From: an uncultured Candidatus Saccharibacteria bacterium
GTDB taxonomy: Bacteria > Patescibacteriota > Minisyncoccia > Phycocordibacterales > UBA9973
Assembly (NCBI GenBank): GCA_964432275.1
Contig: CAYSMH010000001.1
Coordinates: 11,191 to 75,190 of the forward strand
Length of the DNA stretch: 64,000 nucleotides
Direction of reading: 5' to 3'
Of the stretch, positions 1-8,541 are shown piece by piece. The notes under the pieces were generated by a model. It was not told the origin of the DNA, did not search any database, and saw only the letters and a list, made by a program, of their open reading frames with translations. The translations under genes and the position numbers were made by a program. Every line of letters starts with the position of its first letter. Position 1 is the stretch's first letter.

Positions 1-944
1 ATAACCCTGAGGATGTTGCGATGTGTGTTTGGTATAGAGATAAATTTGAGAATGCAGGTATTAAATTTGCACCACCAGAGATTGCTTCACTATTTTCAAT
101 TGAAGGCACTGATCATGAATATAGGAAACAATTCGGATTTCACGGATTCGCTTGGACTGATATCCAAACATGGATAGATAGCCACCCGCAATATTCAACT
201 GTTGTTGAAACTTTTAACAAAGCAAAAATATCACGCTTTCATTCATCGTTAACTCTGGAACGGGAAAATAAGCTGGGTAAAATAAAAGAAGTTTTTGAGA
301 ATATTGCTCTCGAGGGTCATGTGCTTGGATCTGTTGCACGCAGAGATTCAGACCCTTACAGCGATCTTGATGTTTGGATTACTTTTAAAGACGAAGACTT
401 CCTTTCCGCCATGGAAAATAGAACTGATTTGTTTAGTAAAATTGGACAAGTAATCCGCATAGTTGAACCACACCAAAACGCTCCTATCGATGGGATTTTC
501 TCAGCGGTATTATTTAAGACCTCAAAGCGACTACTGACTGTAGACTTTTATCTTTGCCCACAATCTACTGCGTTCACTACAGATGAAAGTAAGAAGATAT
601 TTGGTGATGACAGTTTGTTTCCTATCGGTAAACTCGGATTAAATCCACAATCAAAAACTGTTACTGTGGAGTATAGAATTGATTTTTGTACTGGATTTTT
701 GATGACATCTATCAAAAAGTTGGCTCGAAAAAATGACCAACCCCTTGATGCTCTTTTGAAAGAATATGGATATCTCAGAGATAGGTATAGTATTCCTGTA
801 AAAGAAATAGCTAATCCAGAACATACATTCGCACAACTCTTGCAGGTAAGCGAAAACCTGAAAGAAGTTGCAAATGACACACAAAAGAAAGTTATTACTG
901 AAATCGAGAATTTCGCAAAACTCGTAGAAGAAAATCAAGAATAA
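1..944 (+). CDS. 5'-truncated protein: DUF5672-like C-terminal part fused to a nucleotidyltransferase-fold domain
   Basis: Frame is open to the left edge (..NPEDVAMC..). It carries FAPPEIASLFSIE..FGFHG (DUF5672-like), then GSVARRDSDPYSDLDV (Pol-beta-type GS..DxD motif). Confidence 0.6.
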   Translation, partial: NPEDVAMCVWYRDKFENAGIKFAPPEIASLFSIEGTDHEYRKQFGFHGFAWTDIQTWIDSHPQYSTVVETFNKAKISRFHSSLTLERENKLGKIKEVFENIALEGHVLGSVARRDSDPYSDLDVWITFKDEDFLSAMENRTDLFSKIGQVIRIVEPHQNAPIDGIFSAVLFKTSKRLLTVDFYLCPQSTAFTTDESKKIFGDDSLFPIGKLGLNPQSKTVTVEYRIDFCTGFLMTSIKKLARKNDQPLDALLKEYGYLRDRYSIPVKEIANPEHTFAQLLQVSENLKEVANDTQKKVITEIENFAKLVEENQE

Positions 945-946
945 TC

Positions 947-982
947 AAACAAAAAGAGCGACCTTGATCGCTCTTTTTGTTT
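947..982. terminator. bidirectional intrinsic terminator
   Basis: aaacaaaaagagcg-N8-cgctctttttgttt between a convergent CDS and tRNA. Confidence 0.8.
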
Positions 983-1017
983 ACCTATTTCAGATAGCAT
1001 GTCGTGCTACCTGCTAA

Positions 1018-1105
1018 TGGCGGAGACGATGGGATTCGAACCCATGAGGCTTTGACACCTACCCCCTTAGCAAGGGGGCACATTCGACCACTCTGACACG
1101 TCTCC
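1018..1105 (-). tRNA. tRNA-Ser(GCT)
   Basis: Reverse complement is GGAGACG..CCCCC-TT-GCT-AA-GGGGG..long variable arm..GGTTCGAATCC..CGTCTCC-G-CCA. Confidence 0.95.
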
Positions 1106-1154
1106 AATGGAGCTACTTTATCATATCTTTAGATCATATTGCTAGGATTACAAG

Positions 1155-1544
1155 ATGAGTAATTTTTATGAATGGAACAATAAAAAGATTGCGATTAACA
1201 ACAACCAGATTTTCAACCACCCCAAAGAACACGAGATATGGTGATGTAGTGTTGGACTCAATATTGGCAGTGAGGTGTATGGAAAAGGTAGTGCATATGC
1301 CAGACCAGTACTGGTGATCAATGCAGAAGGTAGTGAGAGTTTTATTGGTATTCCACTTACTTCCAAAATAAAGAATAAAAAATATTCGTGCATTATCAAA
1401 ACAGACGACAACACACTCCACACCGCACTGGTCTACCAAATCAGAAGTTTTGATAAACGAAGACTCACCAAGCGTAAGTACATCCTTTCATTACTTGAGT
1501 ACACCAAGATACAGTCATACATTACAAAGCTCTATAAACTATAA
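1155..1544 (+). pseudogene. PemK/MazF-family toxin with an in-frame TGA at 1242-1244
   Basis: ATG 1155 lies 6 nt after a TAGGAT -10 box and reads MSNFYEWNNKK..HPKEHEIW*CSVGLNIGSEVYGKG..RPVLVI..IPLTSK..QIRSFDKRRL. Confidence 0.8.
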
Positions 1545-1651
1545 CAACCCCTTTCGGGGCTGTTGGCTTTTACAAGCAAGAGAGGAAACCTCTCAATAAT
1601 TTTATTATACACTATCTATGCATCTGCTACAAGAAATCGTATACTCTACAC

Positions 1652-2221
1652 ATGCAACCGATTATCAAATCTCGTTTCGAACAGTTTTCTGATGGAGTAT
1701 TTGCGATCGCGATCACGCTGCTTGCTATCGAACTTCATGCCCCCGAGATAGTTAGCCGTGATTTTGTTCAAGCGATTCGAGACCTTGCACCGTTTGTACC
1801 CTCGATCGCAACATTTGTGACATCGTTTGTCACGATCGCGATCTTTTGGGTCAACCACCACCAACTCACCGCACTCCTACAGACAATCAATCAGCGTCGC
1901 ATACTATGGGCCAATGTGTTGTTTCTTTTGTTTCTCACACTGATCCCGTTTGTGACTCATGCACTGAGCTTTGAACCATTTAACCCCACTCGCATGATCG
2001 GGTACTGTCTCGTCCTTCTTGGTGGTTCTCTCTCGTTTTCATTATTGCGCTATTTTATTCACCGCAGTCTTGGAGAGACTCATGTACCTATGCGTCGCAG
2101 TGCATTTGGACCGATCGTGTACCTACTGGCAGCATTTGTAGCACTCGTTTCAGTTACTGCGTGCTACGTACTGGTTACTATCCCTGCACTCTACTACTTT
2201 TTACCTAAATCAAGCTCATAG
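1652..2221 (+). CDS. TMEM175/DUF1211 family potassium-channel-like membrane protein
   Basis: RFEQFSDGVFAIAITLLAIE and FWVNHH motifs; multiple hydrophobic helices. Confidence 0.9.
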   Translation: MQPIIKSRFEQFSDGVFAIAITLLAIELHAPEIVSRDFVQAIRDLAPFVPSIATFVTSFVTIAIFWVNHHQLTALLQTINQRRILWANVLFLLFLTLIPFVTHALSFEPFNPTRMIGYCLVLLGGSLSFSLLRYFIHRSLGETHVPMRRSAFGPIVYLLAAFVALVSVTACYVLVTIPALYYFLPKSSS

Positions 2222-2314
2222 CTATCTTTCTAGAGGATCCGTGGTATACTAGCTACGTTGTAATGTCCCCTCTCGAACAGGCGCGTTGCACGTTAGTAAT
2301 AATCACAATCGTAC

Positions 2315-2608
2315 ATGAATAATAAAGTATTTGTTGGAAGTCTCTCATGGAGTACAACCAACGATGGGCTCGCTGCACACTTTGCAGCTGCAGGCACCGT
2401 TACCAAAGCAGACGTCCTCTTGGACAAGATGACTGGCAAAAGCAAAGGCTTCGGCTTCGTTGAATTTGCAACTGAAGAAGAAGCTCGCGCAGCTGTTGAG
2501 AAACTCAACCAGAGTGAACTCGATGGCCGCACTATCTTTGTTGATTTGGCTCGTCCAAAGACAGAAGGTGGAGGTAACCGCGGTGGCGGATTTGACCGAC
2601 GCGCATAA
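2315..2608 (+). CDS. RRM-domain RNA-binding protein
   Basis: RNP2 KVFVGSL, RNP1 KGFGFVEF, Gly/Arg-rich tail. Confidence 0.95.
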   Translation: MNNKVFVGSLSWSTTNDGLAAHFAAAGTVTKADVLLDKMTGKSKGFGFVEFATEEEARAAVEKLNQSELDGRTIFVDLARPKTEGGGNRGGGFDRRA

Positions 2609-2626
2609 TAGAGAAATCTATACCTA

Positions 2627-2654
2627 CAAAACCCCCGAGTATTCGGGGGTTTTG
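2627..2654 (+). terminator. intrinsic terminator
   Basis: caaaacccccga-gtat-tcgggggttttg. Confidence 0.8.
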
Positions 2655-2676
2655 TGCTAGTGGTACACTACAGACA

Positions 2677-4842
2677 ATGCTCAGTCTCTCATCCCCTGTC
2701 TCGTCGCTCGTTAGACTCAAAGAATCAACTAGACTTGGTCTTACAAAACTTGGGATTGCAACCATCCGCGATCTTCTCTATCACTTCCCGAGTCGGTACG
2801 CTGACGCATCAAGCTTCGTATCTATTGGCAACCTCACTGAAGGAATGGACGCAACAATCAGAGGTCGTGTTACAAAGCTTTCTGCAAAAAAGGGCTGGAA
2901 AAGTAAGATGACCATGACAGAAGGAGTTGTCGAAGATGTGAGCGGATCGATACATGTCGTATGGTTCAACCAACCATACCTTGCCAAGATGTTGCATGTA
3001 GGGGACGTTGTAGAACTCACCGGTCGTGTAAGCATGTACAAAGAAAAACCAACGCTCACCAACCCAAGTATGCGCGAAGAAAAAGTACTCCCCATCGACA
3101 GTCATGATTCACTCTTTGGAACAGATGATGACGCAGTACTCACTCCTATATATCCAGAGACTCGTGGTATATCAAGTGAGTGGTTTCGCCATACAATCGG
3201 GCGTGCACTTACTACACTTGACGATATTGTTGATCATATTCCTCAAACCATTCTCAAAGAATACTCACTTCCCACTCTAAAGACCGCACTCATTTGGATC
3301 CATAGTCCCAAGAAAAAAATCGATGCCCTCAAAGCACGCAAAAGATTCGCATTTGATGAAATACTTCTCATCAACCTCGCTCGACAAAAAGAACGTGCGG
3401 AAGTTGCGCAGAAAAAAGCCTATTGGATTGATGTAGCAAGTACAGATACTACATGGTTTACAACTCGATTTCCGTTTGCACTTACTGATGCACAAACATC
3501 TGCAACAAATCATATTTTAAAAGATCTCGAACGAGACATACCTATGTCGCGACTTCTTGAAGGTGATGTAGGAAGCGGCAAGACTGCAGTTGCAGCGATC
3601 GCAACGTACACCACTGTCATGAACAGGCCTAGTTCAAATGGTAAAAAGCAAACGTTTGGCAACCTCCAGGTCGCATACATGGCACCGACCGAAATACTCG
3701 CAACGCAGCATTTCGAATCATTCATCGAATTCTTTAAGGGTACTGGTATCTCTATCGCACTGATCACCGGCAGTGGCGCGCGCAAGTTCCCCACCAAAGT
3801 CGCATCGAGTCGTACACCATGGACCGATATTTCACGACCACAACTTAAGAAATGGATAAAAAATGGCGAGATACCCATAGTGATCGGTACCCACACCTTG
3901 ATCCAAAAGAGTCTCGAGTTCAAACACCTCGCACTTGCGATCATCGACGAACAACATCGCTTTGGACTCAACCAGCGCAAAGGGTTAGCAAAAAAGGATA
4001 CGCATTTCCCCCACCTCCTCTCTATGACCGCAACTCCGATACCTCGCACACTCGCGCTTACGATCTATGGAGATCTTGATCTCTCAGTACTCGATCAAAT
4101 GCCTACCGGCAGAAAACAACCTCTTACGAAAATCATCTCACCCAAAGATCGTGACCAAGTATACGAAGATATAAAAAAAGAACTCTCATCTGGAAGACAA
4201 CTGTATGTTATTTGCCCTCGCATTGATGAACCAGATCCTGACAAAGCAAAAGCAGTCCAAGCGCGATCAGTAGCAGCTGAAGCAAAACGATTGCAAGAAA
4301 AAGTATTTCCTTCATATCGTATCGGTATCTTGCATAGCAAAATGACCAAGGAGAAAAAAGAGTCTGTGATGCAATCATTTGCGCGACACGACATCGACAT
4401 ACTCGTTGCAACTTCAGTCGTGGAAGTGGGTGTCAATGTTCCCAACGCTACCGTAATGATTATTGAAGGAGCAGAACGGTTTGGTCTTTCGCAGCTCCAC
4501 CAGCTGCGTGGACGAGTCATGCGCAGCTCTCATCAGCCATATTGCTATCTTTTTGCTGAAGCAAAAAGTGACAAAACCCGTGAACGACTCACGTATTTCG
4601 TCCAAGCAAAAAATGGATTTGAGCTCGCAGAGTATGATCTACAGCTGCGTGGCACCGGAGAACTCACCGGTATGAAACAGTGGGGTATCTCAGATATGGG
4701 TATGGAAGCACTGCGCAATCGCAAACTTGTCGAAGCAGCGCGCCAAAGCGCGATACACATCATCAAGACAGATCCAACACTTGCAGCACACCCACTCCTC
4801 TTGGAGCAAGTATCACGTATCGCACACATGCATTTTGAATAA
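2677..4842 (+). CDS. recG: ATP-dependent DNA helicase RecG
   Basis: Wedge/OB region, RLLEGDVGSGKT, DEQHRFG, MTATPIPRTL, QLRGRV, DLQLRGTGEL. Confidence 0.97.
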   Translation: MLSLSSPVSSLVRLKESTRLGLTKLGIATIRDLLYHFPSRYADASSFVSIGNLTEGMDATIRGRVTKLSAKKGWKSKMTMTEGVVEDVSGSIHVVWFNQPYLAKMLHVGDVVELTGRVSMYKEKPTLTNPSMREEKVLPIDSHDSLFGTDDDAVLTPIYPETRGISSEWFRHTIGRALTTLDDIVDHIPQTILKEYSLPTLKTALIWIHSPKKKIDALKARKRFAFDEILLINLARQKERAEVAQKKAYWIDVASTDTTWFTTRFPFALTDAQTSATNHILKDLERDIPMSRLLEGDVGSGKTAVAAIATYTTVMNRPSSNGKKQTFGNLQVAYMAPTEILATQHFESFIEFFKGTGISIALITGSGARKFPTKVASSRTPWTDISRPQLKKWIKNGEIPIVIGTHTLIQKSLEFKHLALAIIDEQHRFGLNQRKGLAKKDTHFPHLLSMTATPIPRTLALTIYGDLDLSVLDQMPTGRKQPLTKIISPKDRDQVYEDIKKELSSGRQLYVICPRIDEPDPDKAKAVQARSVAAEAKRLQEKVFPSYRIGILHSKMTKEKKESVMQSFARHDIDILVATSVVEVGVNVPNATVMIIEGAERFGLSQLHQLRGRVMRSSHQPYCYLFAEAKSDKTRERLTYFVQAKNGFELAEYDLQLRGTGELTGMKQWGISDMGMEALRNRKLVEAARQSAIHIIKTDPTLAAHPLLLEQVSRIAHMHFE

Positions 4843-4887
4843 AAAAACCGCCATTATAAAATGACGGGTAGTAAGCATAGGGGTTAA

Positions 4888-5016
4888 TTATTTTGTCTTT
4901 GTTTGCTGCTCTTCTCTGATCTCTGGACCTTCGGTACCATCTTGTAAGATCGGCATTATTTTCCCGAGAGCTATCAAACCAAGAATCGCTAGAATAATGA
5001 TAATGAACTTTTTCAT
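4888..5016 (-). CDS. 42-aa single-TM orphan peptide
   Basis: MKKFIIIILAILGLIALGK..; perfect TTGACA(5071-76)-17-TATAAT(5048-53) upstream on minus strand; hairpin terminator near 4843-4868. Confidence 0.6.
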   Translation of the reverse strand: MKKFIIIILAILGLIALGKIMPILQDGTEGPEIREEQQTKTK

Positions 5017-5047
5017 GTGTATGATTTTTTGAGGTTTATTTAAATAC

Positions 5048-5138
5048 ATTATAGCACCTTTTATAGGTCTTGTCAAATGACTTTTTCGTGTTGTAGTACA
5101 AGGCTTTTGACAAAATACAATATATGTATTACTATAAT
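5048..5138. promoter_or_regulatory. divergent pair of sigma-70-type promoters
   Basis: Minus: TTGACA-17-TATAAT (5076-5048). Plus: TTGACA(5107-12)-17-TACTAT(5130-35). Confidence 0.75.
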
Positions 5139-5170
5139 CAAAAATATTCTTTACATCAAAACTTGTATAC

Positions 5171-6028
5171 ATGAGACAACTCAAAATCACTACACAGATT
5201 ACCAACCGCGACTCTGCTGTACTGGAGAAATACCTTGTTGAAATTTCAAGAGTAGATCTCCTTACCCCTGAAGAAGAGGTCATACTTTCCCAGAAAATTA
5301 AAATGGGAGATCAACGCTCTCTCGACAAACTGGTTCAGGCTAACCTCAGGTTCGTGGTGTCTGTTGCAAAACAGTATCAGCACCAAGGCTTAAGCCTTCC
5401 CGATCTGATCAATGAAGGAAACCTTGGACTTATCAAGGCAGCGCAGCGATTTGATCATACCAAAGGCTTCAAGTTCATCTCCTACGCTGTGTGGTGGATC
5501 CGTCAATCAATCCTGCAAGCATTGGCCGAACAGGGTCGGATAGTACGACTGCCAGTAAATAAAGTCGGCACATACAACAAGGCCAACAGAGCGTATAATG
5601 CTTTTGAACAAGATCATGAAAGGGAGCCTTCCACAGAAGAACTGGCGGAATTACTAGAAATGAATGAAAGTGACCTCATCAACATTTTCCAGGACAACAA
5701 TCGCCACACCTCACTAGATGCTCCTATCCATGAAGCAGAAAATATACCTATGGGTGACCTGCTCCGTGGAAACGATACAGCCGATGCCACTGCCATGCAC
5801 GATTCACTCAAAACTGAGATCAACCGGGTACTAGCGAAGTTATCGCTTCGCGAAGCAGAAATTGTAAATGCATATTTCGGCTTAGACGGTGAAAACGGTA
5901 TAACTGTCGAGCAAATTAGTCAAAAATACGATCTAACAAAAGAGCGTGTTCGCCAAATCAAAGAGCAAGCGGTCAAGCGTCTACAAAATCTCAAATGTAG
6001 TAGTATGTTGCTGAAATATTTAGGTTAA
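5171..6028 (+). CDS. Bacteroidota-type short primary sigma-70 factor (no region 1.1)
   Basis: N-terminus MRQLKITTQITNRDS; region 2 ANLRFVVSVAKQYQ..DLINEGNLGLIKAAQRFD..GFKFISYAVWWIRQSILQALAEQ; region 4 LTKERVRQIKE; ends YLG. Confidence 0.92.
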   Translation: MRQLKITTQITNRDSAVLEKYLVEISRVDLLTPEEEVILSQKIKMGDQRSLDKLVQANLRFVVSVAKQYQHQGLSLPDLINEGNLGLIKAAQRFDHTKGFKFISYAVWWIRQSILQALAEQGRIVRLPVNKVGTYNKANRAYNAFEQDHEREPSTEELAELLEMNESDLINIFQDNNRHTSLDAPIHEAENIPMGDLLRGNDTADATAMHDSLKTEINRVLAKLSLREAEIVNAYFGLDGENGITVEQISQKYDLTKERVRQIKEQAVKRLQNLKCSSMLLKYLG

Positions 6029-6044
6029 TACTTCAACTTTAATG

Positions 6045-6072
6045 AATCCGGGATTATGATCCCGGATTTTTT
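6045..6072. terminator. intrinsic terminator
   Basis: aatccgggat-tatg-atcccggatttttt. Confidence 0.85.
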
Positions 6073-6077
6073 ACTAC

Positions 6078-7067
6078 TTAGATTCGAAACTCGATCACGT
6101 CTCCGTCTTTGACGATGTATTCCTTTCCTTCAGTTCTGACCTTCCCTTTTGATCGAGCCTCTGCGTATGAACCGGCTGCGATGAGATCTTCGCACGCTAC
6201 TACTTCTGCTCGGATAAACTTATCTTTGAAATCAGTATGGATCGCAGTACCCGCGATAGGTGCACTACTGCCTACTTTGATAGTCCATGCACGTGTCTCG
6301 TCTTCTCCTGTTGTGAAAAATGTCTCAAGTCCGAGAAGCTTGTATGCACCACTGATCAGATCATCAAACCCTTTTTCAAATACGCTATCGATCTTTACAA
6401 ATGCGCCCGGCACATCAAACACTACATTTTCATTTGCCTCAGATGTGTTGAGCACGTAGAGCATTGGCTTGAGTGTGAGCAAGTTGAGCGACTTGATCAT
6501 AAATCTCTCTTCATCAGTCGGTTGTGCTTCTATTGCAAGTTTGCCAGCTTCGAGTACTGCTTCGATACGCTTGAGCAACTCTTCTTCTTTGATCGCTTCT
6601 TTGTCCCCCTTCTTTACGTCCTTGGACAGAGTGCCAATACGCTTGGACACTATTTCCATATCAGCGAGTATAAGCTCGAGGTTGATCACGCCAATATCTG
6701 AGAGTGGATCGACCTTGTTTGCCACATGTATCACAGACGGATCTTGGAAGGTGCGCACTACGTGGGCGATCGCATCGACTTCACGAATGTTGGTCAAGAA
6801 TTTATTGCCCAAACCTTCCCCTTTTGACGCCCCTGCTACGAGACCGGCAATGTCGACAAACTCGATTGCTGCAGGAATAGTTTTTACACTCTTTGAAAAG
6901 TCAGATAGTTTCTGTAGTCGTTCATCAGGTACTGGCACAATACCCACCGATGGGTCAATCGTACAAAATGGATAGTTCTCAGCCGGCACGCTCTTTTTCG
7001 TAAGCGCATTAAACAGCGTCGACTTACCGACGTTGGGGAGCCCGACGATACCGATGGATAAACTCAT
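6078..7067 (-). CDS. ychF: redox-regulated ATPase YchF
   Basis: GIVGLPNVGKSTLFNALT, NYPFCTIDP, GEGLGNKFL, TGS-like end EGKEYIVKDGDVIEF. Confidence 0.97.
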   Translation of the reverse strand: MSLSIGIVGLPNVGKSTLFNALTKKSVPAENYPFCTIDPSVGIVPVPDERLQKLSDFSKSVKTIPAAIEFVDIAGLVAGASKGEGLGNKFLTNIREVDAIAHVVRTFQDPSVIHVANKVDPLSDIGVINLELILADMEIVSKRIGTLSKDVKKGDKEAIKEEELLKRIEAVLEAGKLAIEAQPTDEERFMIKSLNLLTLKPMLYVLNTSEANENVVFDVPGAFVKIDSVFEKGFDDLISGAYKLLGLETFFTTGEDETRAWTIKVGSSAPIAGTAIHTDFKDKFIRAEVVACEDLIAAGSYAEARSKGKVRTEGKEYIVKDGDVIEFRI

Positions 7068-7141
7068 AGAACTGGATAATAGCAGGATCGGGCAAATAAA
7101 AAAAGCCCGCTACAATAACGGGCCTACATTGGGGAAATAAA

Positions 7142-7534
7142 TTATTGACTCTTGGATTCCGTTTTAGGTAAAAGTCCACAATATTTATTTCTCCAAAGAT
7201 TCTTTTCGGTGTTTGCCTTTTGCAATTCCTGCTTTAAATTTTTAAGCCGGCTTTCAAGTTGAGTAAATTCTTTGTCTGTTTTTTGTTCAAACTTCCAAAT
7301 CGAAAGTTCTACCGGAGTCATTCCTTCAATCAATTTCAATTTATCTTCCAGTTCGCTGACATAAGAAGAAAGTACACCTTTTTCTATTCGAACTTTTTCA
7401 AGTTCTTGTGTAAGCAATTTTATTGCTTCACTTTCAGGATGGTCCCGAATTATCCTTAAAAGGATATTGTTTGCGTAAGAATCATTTTGCAGGTGATTCT
7501 TTCCCCTGGTGCGGTTATTTCCATCTTTTTTCAT
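7142..7534 (-). CDS. AT-rich orphan coiled-coil protein
   Basis: Start re-called at MKKDGNN (7534), behind TTGACT-16-TAGAGT; hairpin near 7100-7125 downstream. Confidence 0.6.
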   Translation of the reverse strand: MKKDGNNRTRGKNHLQNDSYANNILLRIIRDHPESEAIKLLTQELEKVRIEKGVLSSYVSELEDKLKLIEGMTPVELSIWKFEQKTDKEFTQLESRLKNLKQELQKANTEKNLWRNKYCGLLPKTESKSQ

Positions 7535-7616
7535 AAAAAATAATTTCCTATACTCTACTCCATTATTTGACAAAGTCAAGTTTAGGTTGTAAGATAATTC
7601 AAACAAAGCAATAATC

Positions 7617-8024
7617 ATGGAAGATCTTTTGAAGCAATACAGGAAATGGTCCCCTCTTAAAGAGCGAGAGATTATTAAACCTTTCGCCACACTAGAAGAG
7701 GTTTGGTTACTACTCCACAACGATGAGTTCATTTCAAAAATCCACAGCGATAGGAAGTTTCTGATCTTTATTAGAAAAAAACTATTTTGGATTTTAGAGG
7801 AAAACAAAGATGACGTTTATCTCATGTTTAAACGGTTCGATGTGGGAGAATCTGATGAGGCTCTCATTAGTATCGCTGACCAGGTACTACTCACCTACTT
7901 TGAAAATAATTTGGTCTTTCTTGATTTATGTAAAATAAGTTCAAGAAATGACGAATATAACTCACTAAGAGCATATTCAATAAATTCAAAGAGGGGTAGT
8001 GACTACAAATCGCCCTTAAATTGA
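7617..8024 (+). CDS. AT-rich orphan protein
   Basis: 135-aa ORF behind TTGACA(7567-72)-17-TAAGAT(7590-95); TGA stop. Confidence 0.6.
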   Translation: MEDLLKQYRKWSPLKEREIIKPFATLEEVWLLLHNDEFISKIHSDRKFLIFIRKKLFWILEENKDDVYLMFKRFDVGESDEALISIADQVLLTYFENNLVFLDLCKISSRNDEYNSLRAYSINSKRGSDYKSPLN

Positions 8025-8059
8025 CTATGTAAGGCTGTTCACGTAAGTGTTCAGCCTTT

Positions 8060-8365
8060 TTATTTCTTCCCCATCAACTGCATCAACGGCGCAAGTTCTG
8101 CACGATACTTTGCAATCTGTGATTTGTATTTCTCCATCACCGATACTGCTGCGTACATTTCATTCATGCCACCCTTCTTCTTTTCTTCTATTTCCTTTTG
8201 AATGTTTTCAAACAACGCCTTTACTTCAGGGTTTGATTCCAATGTCTTGAGTGACTGCGCAAGCTCAGGGTTGTCCGAGAGTTGCTGTGCGATCTGTTCT
8301 GCTTGTTCCTTTGGTACACCCTTCATTTGAAGGGTCTTTTTTATAAAAAATGATTTTAATCCCAT
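8060..8365 (-). CDS. hypothetical helical protein
   Basis: 101-aa ORF with a TATAGT box 8 nt before the ATG; codon use resembles neighbouring core genes. Confidence 0.7.
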   Translation of the reverse strand: MGLKSFFIKKTLQMKGVPKEQAEQIAQQLSDNPELAQSLKTLESNPEVKALFENIQKEIEEKKKGGMNEMYAAVSVMEKYKSQIAKYRAELAPLMQLMGKK

Positions 8366-8429
8366 ATATACACACTATAGCGTGGTATTAGATTTTTGCA
8401 AAAAGATATAAAGCATGGTACAGTGAAAA

Positions 8430-8519
8430 TTCAGCAAAGTTCATAATAAAATAATACAATCTCTAAGTCCGACGACGAATTGGATTGGGGATAAAATGAG
8501 GGGTAAAACCCTCTTTTTT
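8430..8519 (+). ncRNA. candidate small RNA
   Basis: TTGCAA(8396)-17-TACAGT(8419), then about 90 nt with an internal hairpin and gaggg..ccctc-T6 terminator; no plus-strand ORF. Confidence 0.45.
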
Positions 8520-8541
8520 AATTACTAGGTATAATAAACTC

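Noticed and set aside
5171-6028. Whole window being Bacteroidota DNA
   Set aside because: The ribosomal proteins, missing rpmD, TTGACA/TAnnnT promoters and CPR-typical genes argue for Patescibacteria; only isolated genes look Bacteroidota-like.
7535-7807. N-terminal extension of the 221-aa ORF 7142..7807
   Set aside because: It overlaps the opposite-strand gene and both promoters; the real start is probably 7534.
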